DNA of 63,142 nucleotides, the filler included, from Chiloscyllium plagiosum (taxonomy: Eukaryota): assembly GCF_004010195.1 (NCBI RefSeq). It is 3 parts of one record of this genome, joined end to end, with 100 filler letters (N's around TTAATTAATTAA, not from the genome) between each part and the next. Parts side by side here need not be neighbours in the genome. Positions count along the whole stretch, not along the records: positions 1 to 25,166 come from NC_057710.1; positions 25,267 to 57,241 come from NC_057710.1; 1 more part is not named here. The stretch is one strand, 5' to 3'. This document shows, piece by piece, positions 23,093 through 35,583 of this stretch (its first letter is position 1; each line of letters begins with the position of its first letter). Made by a program: the position numbers and the translations under genes. The notes under the pieces are model-generated. The model saw only the letters and a program-made list of their open reading frames with translations. It searched no databases and had not been told where the DNA came from.

Positions 23093-25166
23093 ATGTCATA
23101 GAGTCTTCGGTCTCTATGGAAAATGGAAACAGACCCTTCGGTCCAACCCGTCCGTGCCGACCAGATATCCCAACCCAATCTAGTCCCACCTGCCAACACC
23201 CGGCCCATATCTCTCCAAACCCTTCCTATTCATATTCCCATCCAAATGCCTCTTAAATGTTGCAATCGTTCTAGCCTCCACCACTTCCTCTGGCAGCTCA
23301 TTCCATACACGTACCACCCTCTGCGTGAAACAGTTGCCCCTTAGGTGTCTTTAATATCTTTCCCCTCTCACCCCAAACCTATGCCCTCTAGTTCTGCACT
23401 CCCTGACCCCAGGGAAAAGACTTTGCCCATTTACCCGATCCATGACCCCCATAATTTTGTAAACCTCCATAAGGTTACCCCTTAGCCTCCGGCACTCCAG
23501 GGAAAACAGCCCCAGCCTGTTCAGCCTCTCCCTGTAGCTCAAGATCATGTTGTAATCTGAGGTAACCCTCTTCGCTGTCCACTACACCTCCAGTTTTGGT
23601 GTCATCTGCAAACTTACTAACTGTACCTCTTATGCTCGCATCCAAATCATTTAGGTAAATGATAAAAAGTAGATGAACCAGCACCGATCCTTGTGGCACT
23701 CCACTGGTCACAGGCCTCCAGACTGAAAAGCAACGTTCCACCATCAACCTCTGTCTTCTACCTTTGAGCCAGTTCTGTATCCAAATGGCTAGTTCTTCCT
23801 GTATTCCATAAGATCCAACTTTGCTAATCAGTCTCCCATGGGGAACCTTGTCGAACGCCTTACTGAAGTCCATATAGATCACATCTACTGCTCTGCCCTC
23901 ATCAATCCTCTTTGTTACCTCTTCAAAAAACTCAATCAAGTTTGTGAGACATGATTTCCCATGCACAAAGCCATGTTGACTATCCCTAATCAGTCCTTGT
24001 CTTTCCAAATACATGAACATCCTGTCCCTCAGGATTCCCTCCAACAACTTGCCCACCACTGAGGTCAGGCTCACCGGTCTATAGTTCCCTGACTTGTCTT
24101 TACCGCCCTTATTAAACAGTGGCACCACATTTACCAACCTCCAGTCTTCCGGCACCTTGTCTGTGACTATCGATGACACAACTATCTCAGCAATCACTTC
24201 CCTAGTTTCCCACAGAGTTCTCGGGTACACCTGAGGTCCTGGGGATTTATCCACCTTTACCCATTTCAAGACATCCAGCACTTCCTCCTCTGTAATCCGG
24301 ACATTTTGCAAGTTGTCACCATCTATTTCCCTACAGTCTATATCTTCCATAGCTTTTTCCTACAGTAAATACTGATGCAAAATATTCATTCAGTATCTCC
24401 TCCATTTTCTGCGGCTCCACACAAAGGTCACCTTGCTGATCTTTGAGGCACCCTATTCTCTCCCCAGTTACACTTTTGTCCTTAATATATTTGCAAAAAC
24501 CCTTTGGATTCTCCTTAATTCTATTTGCCAAAACTATCTCATGTCCCCATGTTGCCCTCCTGATTTCCCTCTTAAGTATACTCCTACTTCCTTTATACTC
24601 TTCGAAGGATTCACTCGATCTATCCTGTCTATACCTGACATATGCTTCATTCTTTTTCTTAACCAAACCCTCAATTTCTTTAGTCATCCAGCATTCCCTG
24701 TACCTACCAGCCTTTCCTTTCACCCTGACAGGAATATACTTTCTCTGGGTTCTTATTATCTCATTTCTGAAGGCTTCCCATTTTCCAGCCGTCCCTTTAC
24801 CTGCGAAAGTTTTTGCCTAATACCGTCAAAATTGGCCTTTCTCCAATTTAGAACTTCAACTTTTAGATCTGGTCTATCCTTTTCCATCACTATTTTAACA
24901 CTAATGGAATTATGGTCGCTGGCCCCAAAGTGCTTCCCCACTGACACCTCAGTCATCTGCCCTGCCTTATTTCCCAAGAGTAGTTCAAGTTTTGCACCTT
25001 CTCTAGTAGATACATCCACATACTGAATCAGAAAATTGTCTTGTACACACTTAACAAATTCCTCTCCATCTAAACCTTTAACACTATGGCAGTCCCAGTC
25101 TATGTTTGCAAAGTTAAAATCCCCTACCATAACTACCCTATTATTCTTACAGATAGCTGAGATCTC
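23093..25166 (-). mobile_element. CR1 (HER1-like) LINE ORF2 pseudogene: endonuclease end, RT and 3' tail; internally deleted
   Basis: ORFs 24756-25130 (GDFN...SDH endonuclease), 24331-24723 and 23475-24350 ([30 protein letters not shown]). Frameshifted. Confidence 0.97.
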
Positions 25167-25266
25167 NNNNNNNNNNNNNNNNNNNNNNNNNNNNNNNNNN
25201 NNNNNNNNNNTTAATTAATTAANNNNNNNNNNNNNNNNNNNNNNNNNNNNNNNNNNNNNNNNNNNN
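25167..25266. other. Scaffolding gap: 44 N + TTAATTAATTAA + 44 N
   Basis: Exactly 100 bp with a palindromic six-frame-stop linker. Same structure at 57242-57341. Confidence 0.95.
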
Positions 25267-25924
25267 CACACTCAAGTAGACCCTCTCCCATACACAGGTT
25301 CTCCTTCATAGACTCACACATACACACCCATGCACACACACACCCTCTCACAGATCTATAGCCCTTTACACTCACACTCACACACATACACATATAGACA
25401 CTCTCTTACAGACACTCATACACTCCCCCACACAAAACACATGTAGACACATAAGTTTGTGGGGTGAATTTGTACTTGCAGAATTACATTTTATTTTGCT
25501 CAAAAACTGCATGAATCCATGTGAGATTCCGTAAATTCCTTTTTTAGATTAGAATCAGTCTGACCATTGGGGCACAGACAGCCTAACATAGGGCACCTCA
25601 CACCTTCAATGCATTATCTGGGCCGACATGGTACCTATTCATAAAGTTCACTTGAGAATGTAACTTTTTAAAAAATGTTCTGGGATTTAGATACAAATGA
25701 ACTGAAATCAACATGCCCATTCTAAAAGATGAGAGATGTAACAAACAATCCAGGTCTTTTTCAATTTATAATTTGTTACATCACACTGTGAACTTTTGCT
25801 ATAAATTCTGTGCTTTATGATCTTATACTCCACAACCGCCTGATGAAGGAGCAGTGCTCCGAAAGCTAGTACTTCCAAATGAATATGTTGGACTATAACC
25901 TGGTGTTGTGTAATTTTTAACTTT
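25267..25924 (+). mobile_element. Penelope-like family B 3' region with CA-rich tract
   Basis: CA-rich low-complexity tract, then terminal sequence ending gttggactataacctggtgttgtgtaatttttaactt. Confidence 0.8.
25840..25868 (+). ncRNA. Minimal hammerhead ribozyme-like motif (family B)
   Basis: CTGATGA-A-GGAGC(agt)GCTCC-GAAA-GC-TA: 5-bp helix II and a palindromic AGCT helix III. Confidence 0.65.
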
Positions 25925-26194
25925 GTGGAGATGAACAGGCGTACTAATGCAAAAATGCTAAACTACCTGGCTAGAATCATTTACTGGGAAATTAAAGATA
26001 CATCATGGAATGCAAGTAGGTAAATTAAACTTTATAATACATGGGCTAGGTAATCTGTTTAAAGGGAGAAAATAAAATTCTTATTTGTTGTGATGCACAT
26101 TTTCCTACAGCAAATCACCTGACACACAGAGGTGACATCTGTAATTCAACTTCGTAATCATGTAGTATTCAGTAAAATTGAATGAAATGAGGAG

Positions 26195-26500
26195 GAATTT
26201 GCCTGTTTTAGAGGGCTTTTCACATTTTGAGGATAACCCAAAGCACTTGTCAATCATTGAAGTATTTTTGAAGTGCAGTTACTGTGGGCTAAAGAGGCTA
26301 ATAAACAATGAGGAGTTAACTGATCAGATTGCTTGGTTTGAAATGAAGTTGGTCATGGATTAAATGGTTGTTAGGTGACTGAGAGAACTGTCCTACTCAT
26401 CCTCAAATACCAACAACTTGAAAAGGCAGATGGCGTCTCAGTTTAACAGCTTATCAAAGAAAATGGCACCACCTTGGAACTGCAATGTATGCTAGGCTAA
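26195..26500 (-). mobile_element. Deu-domain SINE relic (SacSINE1/AmnSINE-like)
   Basis: ggcagatggcgtctcagtttaacagcttatcaaagaaaatggcacc resembles the Deu core. L2-type tail. A related tail fragment lies at ~22140-22255. Confidence 0.6.
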
Positions 26501-26708
26501 GGAATGAGCTTTAGGGGCTAGAATGAAGTATAGCCGGTCCTGGAATGGAGGAGTAGATAGAGAACAGACTGGGACAAACAATCGTCATCTGGTGGGATAA
26601 AACAGCCACAACTACATTCAATTTCTACTGTCAGGCGATCTTCTAAGTTCAAGGCATGAGTGCTGCCACTGAGATAATACTAATTAAATATTGGCCATTG
26701 ATAACTAT

Positions 26709-27315
26709 TGTTATGGACCAGACCAGAGCACCTTGAAATATTTTAAGAAGGTGGCCTAGACCCTAACTTTTTGTTATTTTAAAGGTAGATGTGAAGTGCA
26801 TGTTCCAGATGGGATGCGATTGGTCAAACTACACAATGCTCAGCAAAACACAATTTATTTAAACGCTCTAGTAAAAATACAAACAAAAGAAAGAGGAATT
26901 TAGAATAAGTTAACATTGGAAAACTTAACCAAATAGCAAGTACAGTTTGTTATACTAATTAACTGTTCCCATAAATACACCCCTTGGCAAAAAAGATAAA
27001 TTCAGACACAGATTCTTACATGCAGTTCTTCCAGTCCAGGAGGAAACAACATCAAGAGAGATTTCAGAGAAAGTAGCAGGTAGGAATCATTCATTGAAGC
27101 TTCCAACTCTCCTCGGACCTCCAACAGCTTCTGGCTGCTAAAGCTAACAATATCTAGAAAGCCTGGTCTGTGACAACTGGCCACTCCCATTCAAGGTGCT
27201 TCCATTATTCCCATTTTTTAAATAAAAAACTTAACAACCTCCTGCATTGTTTACTTAGGCCATCTCCAGTTCGTCAGCTCTGCCTTTACAACCTCTCTTC
27301 AAAGAAAACCCACAC
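26709..27315. mobile_element. Probable solo LTR (partial)
   Basis: Starts TGTTATG. Non-coding, with TTTATT/AATAAA signals and LTR-like composition. Other end and TSD not identified. Confidence 0.45.
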
Positions 27316-28654
27316 TAGAGGTTGGAAACTACTTAAAACTGATTAGTGACTGATAAAATAGTGTAAAAAAATCTGACATTTGGTCTATTATTAATACTAT
27401 CGGAATGTTTGATCTCTTTCTTTCGATTCAATAAATCAAAAGATTTATGAGTCTCATGGGCAACCAATGGGTTTGGGGGGAGGAAGGAGGGTCAGAGAAA
27501 ACGCATCAAACATTTTTCTTCACTTATTTTATAATTCCATTATTCTCAGGATTTTCATGAAAAAGCAGTTTAAGGAAGAATGCTAAAATACTGAGCCATC
27601 AATTGCTTAAGCTGCTTCTGCTCCAACACCTTATCTGCTTCGGAAACTTTGTCCAGAAATGTAAATGAGGTTTTACAATCCTTCAAATGAAGTAACATTG
27701 GCAAAACATTTACACAATTACAAGGCCAAGTTCTTTTCAGAAAAATGAAACAATTTGAATTCAATTAACCCAGAAATCATGTCATGTTTTGTATTTGCAG
27801 TGGAGAGCTCCTTGCCTACTCTCATGGTTCCAGGTATCAATACTGGTGCTGATTTCAATACAAATCAATTAAGACACAACATGGAAATGGGGCTGTTCAA
27901 TCAGAGAAGGTAGACATCCAGATGGTAGGCATAAAGATGCTGTAAGATGCAACTGCAGTTTAAAATCATTAACAATGAGTTGAAGCAGTAATTTACAATA
28001 GGGGCATATTTAACTGAACGTAATTAACGCCAAAATTCTGTGGCAAGATCTGAAATCCATTATGAAATGTGTAAATAATTATTCTGGGAATTCAATAGGC
28101 GGCTTAGACAAATGCTATTCTCAACTGGAATAGTACGATTTAATACCTGAACAACAATTATCTAGGCTAACCCTAATGTACGCCTCATTGTTCTTATACA
28201 GCTTCTTTCATCTTGAATCACTACAAGAGAAATTATATTTAGCAATCTTAGGACATTTTTTACATCTGCATTTCGAGGCTTCACAGATTCTACATGTCTT
28301 ATTGACAATATTTAAATGTTGCTGTTATATATGGTACTGTGAGGAACAAACATACATAAGCACCTAATATTTATGAGGAGGAGAGCGCGCATGGCAGTGA
28401 AAAACCGGCAAATTAGTTGAGGAGGACCTGCCAACATTAACTTATTGCAATCTGTTTCTTTAGCTTCAGCTACAAGGTAGGTAGGCTGGTCATGTACTAG
28501 GATAGAAAACCAATGGCTACAGCTGCAACTAGGGACACTTGAGGCCAATTGACAACAATTGGGAGGGGCAGGAAGTAAGAGGTCAATGTTTGGAGAGGGG
28601 CAGGGATGGTGGAACAGAAAAGGCCACCACAGGGAGTTGGAGAGTGAAACATTG

Positions 28655-28860
28655 ACCATAAGACCGTAGGAAATAGGAACAGGAGTAGGCCTTTTGAGCC
28701 TGCTCCACTACTCAATAGGATCACGGCTGATCCAACACATCTCTGTCTAGTTTCCTGGCCCTTTTCTCTCAGCCTACATTCCCAGTGTTCAAGAATCTGT
28801 CTCAGCCTTAGACATGCACAGGGACTCAGCCCCTCTGTGGCAAGGAGTTCTGAGAAATTA
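28655..28860 (-). mobile_element. CR1 3' tail
   Basis: ccataagaccgtaggaaataggaacaggagtaggcc is the reverse complement of a CR1 terminus. Confidence 0.75.
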
Positions 28861-28865
28861 TGCAT

Positions 28866-29188
28866 GATTAGATTAGATTTGATTCCCTACAGTGTGGAAA
28901 CAGACACTTCGGCCCAACAAATCCACACTGACCCTCTGAAGAGTAACCCACCCAGACCCATTTCCCTCTGTCTAATGCACCTAACACTATGGGCAATTTA
29001 GTCTGGCCAATCCACCTAATCTGCACATCATTGGACCGTGGGAAGAAACCGGAGCACCCAGAGGAAACCCACGCAGACACGGGGAGAATGTGCAAACTCA
29101 GCACAGACAGTTGCCCGAGGCTGGAATCGAACCCGGGTCCCTGGCGCGGTGAGGCAGCAGTGCTAACCACTGAGCCATCGTGCCACCC
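28866..29188 (-). mobile_element. HE1 V-SINE, near full-length, (AATCT)n tail
   Basis: Well-preserved V-domain and tRNA head; gattagattag tail. Confidence 0.93.
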
Positions 29189-29850
29189 TGGAGACTAAGG
29201 AGTTAGTTGTGATTACTGAGAGGGTGTCTAAATGTCTAAATCAGGGTAGAGATGTCTGTGGTTATAATGGGGTGGGGATGGTCTGTTAATGTGGTTTGTG
29301 GCTGTGTGATGGAATCTTGCATTTGGAATACATGTTCAAAGACAACCATGGGAGTGAGCATACCTTCCCCTTGTGGGGGGCCTGTGCATTTTGAGGATTT
29401 CAGGAGTGAATTTGCCTGCTACCCCCACATATTACAAAAGCTGATTAATTGACATGCTTAAATTAAGAAACAACAGTGCAATTTTTGTTTAATTTAAGTT
29501 CAGTTACCAGCATGGTATTCTAGTCTCAAGATAGCAGATGGTAATAGAAATGGGGGTGTGCACTCAGTGAGATAAGGAATTTTTATAGCACTCTTTGTGG
29601 GTGAGGAGGACTCCACCCATGTGATTACAGACCATTCCTATCACAGGATGAAATCTACATCTCTCGTTTAAGATGAGGAGTTCATATATGGGGAAAAATG
29701 TATTGGATACTATTGTCATCAATGCATTGTCAATTGTTAATTCTAAACCCGGGATCAAGATCTGAGATGTAGTAGAGACGGTTATAACTACCTAGTTAAA
29801 ATGTTCTAGCTTTATGCATATGCAATTGAAAAGCATCATCTGCAACCTTT

Positions 29851-30202
29851 ATGATAGAATCCCTACAGCATGGAAGCAGGCCAATCAGCCCATTGAATCT
29901 ATATCATCCCTCTGAAGGGCATCCCACCCAGACCCACCTCCATCCCTATAATCCTGCATTCCCCATGGCTAAGCCACAAAGCCTGCACATCCCTAGACCC
30001 TATGGGCAATTTATCATGGCCAATTTACCTGACCTGCATACCTTTGGACTGTGGGAGGAAACCGGAGCACCCGGACGAAACCCACACAGACAAGGGGAGA
30101 ATGTGCAAACTCCACTCAGTCAGTCGCCTGAGGATGGAATTAAACCCGGGTCTCTGGTGCTATGAGGCAGCAGTGCTAACTACTGAGCCACCATGCTGCC
30201 CC
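29851..30202 (-). mobile_element. HE1 V-SINE
   Basis: V-domain and tRNA head on the minus strand. Confidence 0.92.
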
Positions 30203-30611
30203 ACATGTTTGTTCACGGTGAGGGCTTTTTTTTAAATACAGATCTGTGTGCCGGTTATTTTTGTAAAAGAAAATTGCTAACTTATATATGTTGTCGTGTG
30301 TCAATTTTAAAGCTGTGGTGCTTCAGAAATTAATACTTCCCTTGTGTATTGTTGCTTTAAATCATTTGGGGGTTGCTGATTGAGGATATTGATGAACTCT
30401 TTTAATTTTCCTTGTGTGAGAGCCCAAATAGCCCCTGTGCCAGCATAAATACGGAAGGCTTTCTTATTAGATGACAACATCACCTAATAAATGGAATGAA
30501 AATGTAAAGGAAACCTCTAAAATCCAAAGAAAGTAGCCTCAGAAACTCAAATGGTCGCGCCTGAGTAAAGTTTCAAGATGAGCCTAAAAAAGCTGACCTG
30601 ATAAAGTCTTT

Positions 30612-30936
30612 CACAGAACCCTACAGTATGTAAGCAGGCCAATTGGTCCATTAAATCCACACTAATCTTTCCAAACAGCATCACATCCAGACCCACCGTG
30701 CCAACCCTATCACTGTAAGCCTGAATTTCCCTGGTCACTATGGGCAATTTAGCCTGGCCAATCTACCTAACCTGCACATCCTTGCACTATGGGACAAAAC
30801 CGGAGTACCTGGAGGGAACTCATGCAGACACAGGAAGAATGAACAAACTCCACACAGACAGTCGTCTGAGGGTTGAATCGAACCCGGGTCCCTGGTGAGG
30901 TAATAGTGCGACCTACTGAGCCCAATGTACCATCCC
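30612..30936 (-). mobile_element. HE1 V-SINE
   Basis: V-domain and a degenerate tRNA head on the minus strand. Confidence 0.9.
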
Positions 30937-32544
30937 AATTCAATTTTTAAGTGAGACATTTGCTCACCATGTAACATGCCACAATGAAAATGCCAAAGGG
31001 AATCTATGTAATGATTTGGAATGTGTTTGCAGTGTTCATTCCATTTTTTTCACTCTCCCCATCCTCTACTTGCAATCTTGAATGCTTAATATAAAGACCT
31101 TGAAACCAATGGAAAGAAATTAAAATAGAAAGACTGCTGCACCTAACAACAATGATTTGCATTTATATAGCAATATCAGCAGAGATAAATGATCTAATTA
31201 ACAGCACAAGAGCACTATCAGACACTGGGTCACGTATGGAAATAGTTAGACATGGGAGTAACAGCCCAATCAAAGAAGTGGGTTTTAAGCAGAGTCTTAT
31301 ACTATCTTGCTGTTCCTAAAAACACTCCATACTGTCCCAGTATGAGTCAACCCAAGCTGTGCCTGTACACTAATGTCAGTCTGAAATTTGTCACCCATCC
31401 AAGGGAAAATAAGGGGTCGTGAAGGTATTGCATTTAAAGTAAGCATATTGAATCTGTTATCCAGCCATGTACTTGACGGTTAATGAAAGCACTCGAAACA
31501 TATCCATAGTCAGAAACTGCCCTCTGACATTTCTATTTGGTTAATGTGGTGGGAAACCTGTTGAAATATTTCTGTACAGTAGCTTCCAGTTGAATAAAAC
31601 CCAATAACAATGACCAAATGACAACCAGTAAGGATTAATACACAAGAGATTTATGATGATACAGTTCTACACCAAAGCAACAGCTTCCACAAGGCAAAGA
31701 GCATGGACTTTTCAAACTAATAGAGATGAGACTCCGTTACCAAAGGCAACAGGTCTGTTCCTATGGCAGTGAATTTGCTCAATAAACCATCTCCTCAGCC
31801 ATCAGAACCTTGTAGGACAAAGGGCAGTAACACCTGGTTTTGAAGTTTGTGGAGGCTCATGACAATCTTCTGTTGAAGCCCTAAGACAATTCCTGGCGGT
31901 TTATTTTTGAGAAATGGAACTGATAAGTGAAAGGTGCTTTTCTGTCTTTGTTCAGCAGCAACACTTGGCTGTGTCAAAATAAATTACTGAAACTCAGTAT
32001 TCAAATTTTGGGTCATGAGCTTCGTGAACTGAAAACTTCAATGTAAAAGGAATGATCTGTTCCCAGCATAGCCTGTCATTAATAGTAGAAAATTAAAAAA
32101 AACTGTCAAGTTTCTCATAACCAACAATGATTTTAAAAAAGGACTTATTCAAAGTTTAATTCAGAGTTGAGTTGAAGCTTGAGGGGCAATCTCCTGAGTC
32201 TTTGTCCTCCTTGCAGTTTTTTCAATCTGGAGTCCATATTCAATATTTTGATCTGCTTTCCCTGAAACATTTGTACATGAATTCTTAATCTATGTTCCTG
32301 GTGGTGGTGCTGGTAGAGATATTGGGCATTGGGGATTGCAGATCAAGTCTACTGATTATCAAATTGTTTGTCTCTGATCAATAATTACTTGCAGGCATCC
32401 TGTGATATTGCAAACTAAGGAATTAATGTACCAATCATTATTGACTCTTCTAGATAGTGCTCGGTATTTAAGTCTTAAATGCGCTCATTAAACAATATAT
32501 AGACTGACAGAGATCTCTTTCGAAAGCAAGTGTTTGACAATATG

Positions 32545-33127
32545 ATGCAGCTCACATAAGCCCATTGGTTAGGTTGTAATATTGCGTGCAATTCTCGTCT
32601 CCTGTTGGAAAGATGTTGTGAACATTGAAAGGGTTCAGAAAAGATTTACAAGAATGTTGCCAGGGTTGGAGGATTTGAACTATAGGGAGAGGCTGAACAG
32701 ACTGGGGCTGTTATCCCTGGAGCGTCAGAGGGGCTGAGGGATGACCTTATAGAGGTTTACAAAATTATGAGGGGCATGGATAGGGTAAATAGACAAAGAC
32801 TTTTCCCTGGGGTCAGGGAGTCCAGAACTAGAGGGCATAGGTTTGGGGTGAGAGGGGAAAGATATAAAAGAGACCTAATGGGCAACGTTTTCACGCAGAG
32901 GGTGGTACATGTATGGAATGAGCTGCCAGAGGAAATGGTGAAGGCTGGTACAATTGCAACATTTAAGAGGCATTTGGATGGGTATATGAATAGGAAGGGT
33001 TTGGAGGGATATGGGCCGAGTGCTGGCAGGTGGGACTAGATTGGGTTGGGATACCTGGTTGGCATGGATGGGTTGGACCAAAGGGTTTGTTTCCATGCTG
33101 TACATCTCTATGACTCTATGACTCTAT
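32545..33127 (+). mobile_element. CR1 (HER1-like) 3' end with (ACTCTATG)n tail
   Basis: ORF 32767-33039 (SRTRGH...FTQRVVHVWNELP) and an octamer tail. Confidence 0.93.
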
Positions 33128-35520
33128 AAATTGGGCACATAAGCGTTGAAAACCTGCCAAGGCAACTGAGCTAACCAAACTCTACTCAAAGTAAGTATGG
33201 CATTTAAGAAGTACAAGTCTTACTCCACGTGCTTGTGCTTTAAGGTAGGTCAGGTTTTAATTGTGTATTTACAGCACCCATGTATATTAACGATGTCAAG
33301 GCCAAAATGCTTTGTATTGATTCAAAACTATTAAGAATGCAGATTCAGTACGAGAGTTAGGATTGTAATTATAATGCCAGGTTTTTTTTTGACATCATCC
33401 CCATCCTCCATCATTACCTCCTCCCACTACACCGCGCCCCCAGTCTGCTATGCAATTCTTACCCTCGTTATAACTAGGCGACATACTAACCTTTTTCAAA
33501 GGTGTACTAATAAGAGGGTTGATTTCTATTTTTTTCTCCTTTAACAGTCACCCATGAAGGAACCATTGACACAAGTGAGCAGAGCAGAATCCTCACTAGT
33601 TCCACCTTGCCACTGCACTAACTGCTGTAACAAAATGAGATTGCCGGGCATCAAAAATCTACAGAAATTAGAAATTGTGATGATGATTAATCAGGAAATC
33701 ATGAACTGGTCACTTTTTTTAAATGTAGTGTTTGCTATGATAATATGTAGAATATTGTCATTGGACTGTGAACAGGGTCTTTCATATTGACATGGACTAC
33801 AGCTCGACTGCCCCAGCTAACACTGAAGACTTTGCCATTCTTCCTCAAATATGGTTCAGAAAAATTAGCACAATACTCTTCTAAGGCTAACCAAAGTCAG
33901 ACACAAGCTCCTTATTTTTATTTCCAATGCAACTGCTAATAAAACTAAGGGAAGTAAATGGTTTTTAAACAGCTTTCTCAACTTCTCCCATCACCTTTGA
34001 AGACATGTGTATATATACCCCCAGTTCATCCACTCCCTTTAAAATTGTACCAATTATGATATGTGATCTTCTTATATAATCCCACTAATTTGAAGATATC
34101 TTAATTACAAATTTCATATCACAGGTACTAGATTATGAGTTTAGCCCAAGATTCTCTCAAATCTTTTAAGTAAACAATCATTAAAGAGAGAGTCTGCGTT
34201 TATAGGATTCTTTACTAGATTCTTTACCAGATAATCACATGGCCATTTACTTTACGTTGATCTTCTATTCCTTTATATAGAGGCTTATAAATAAGGGTTG
34301 GTACGTCATGCCCCTATGAGTGCTGGCATTTTCTCTCCCATGAAAAATGGAAGACAGGTCAGGAGTGTGCCATAGTATAAGAGTGAGGAATGAGCCAAAT
34401 CTGCACCACACACAGCAATACCAAGAGCAGCTCAAACCTAATAACCAGGTTTTATCAGTAACCGGAAGGAGAAGCCACTCCCACTGTTGTTTGATCATGG
34501 CTACATGCTCCTGCCAATTTCTAGCACAGGTCCTAGCTGCTGTGACCCATAACCCCAGCGCTTTCAGATGACCTGATCTGACAAAGGATCAATCGCCCCA
34601 CTTCCCAAAGAGCATGACCGTGAACTTGAGTTTGAACATCCCTCCTGAGGACAGTTGATACGGATTGCAGATGCAGACCTGTCTGTTCACTGCCAGTAAA
34701 TCCATGCAGAAAACTGTGGCATCATCCATGGACAGGGGTACTTTGATCAGAATGATGCCATTGCCTGGGACAGCCATTCATCCAACCTGGTGGACTCAGT
34801 AAAAGGATCTGCACAACACACCGCCAGAAAGTAGACAGAAGGTAACCCTGTCTGACTCCAGATTCGAGCAGACAGCTTTGTGTTCAGCAAACATTGATCG
34901 AAACTGAAATTTGTGTAGAACAATTATATCCACTGCAGGATGCCTTCCTAAAAATCTCCCTTTCGGGGAGTACAACCATAAGGGTAGGTGTGTGATATTC
35001 TGCCAAAAGGACCTCCCCAGTACAGGTTGCTGAGGCAGGTATCTATACCAACACCCCCACCCTCAACCCCACCCTCCAACCTCCAAATCCCATTCCCCAA
35101 CCCCATTCCATACATTGTCAGTCAGTCATATCCTTGAGTAGCACAAGGCACCCTGAGATCTAACTATCAGGGACAAGCAGGATGAGTCACCAACTCCAGA
35201 CCAGACCTGACTTGACTTGGGCAGAATTTTCTCATCCCCATTCAGATGGGTTGTCAATTCCTAACTTCCTCCTTCTCCCCTTCTGCTTGTAAATGAGGGA
35301 GAATGATACCTTTCCTCATGGATTTGGACAGGCTGTTGGCCTGAAGCATACTCTCATACACATTCAGGATGGTCTGGCCAAGCCAATTCACACTTGGCTG
35401 TAAACCATTGCTTCCGGGAGTTTGTCTCTTAGTTCAAGCAGGTTCAGCGGTCCTCTGAGACTTTTGTCATACAGGAATGGAATGAAACAAGCTCTCAGAA
35501 GACTCAACTAGAAATGTGGA

Positions 35521-35583
35521 GTCTGGATTAGTGGTGCTGGAAGAGCACAGCAGTTCAGGCAGCATCCGAGGAGCAGTAAAATG
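35521..35583 (-). mobile_element. Penelope pLTR fragment
   Basis: Matches 62907-62968 and the complement of 58357-58415. Confidence 0.85.

Noticed and set aside
23475..24350. 291-aa reverse transcriptase ORF as a functional gene
   Set aside because: It is a fragment of a frameshifted, internally deleted CR1 ORF2, with no evidence of domestication.
25211..25222. TTAATTAATTAA palindrome as a biological motif
   Set aside because: It is centred in a 100-bp N spacer at two sites, so it is an assembly linker.
27781..27915. Possible exon (ttgcAG ... AG/GTAGAC)
   Set aside because: Weak donor and an unrecognised peptide.
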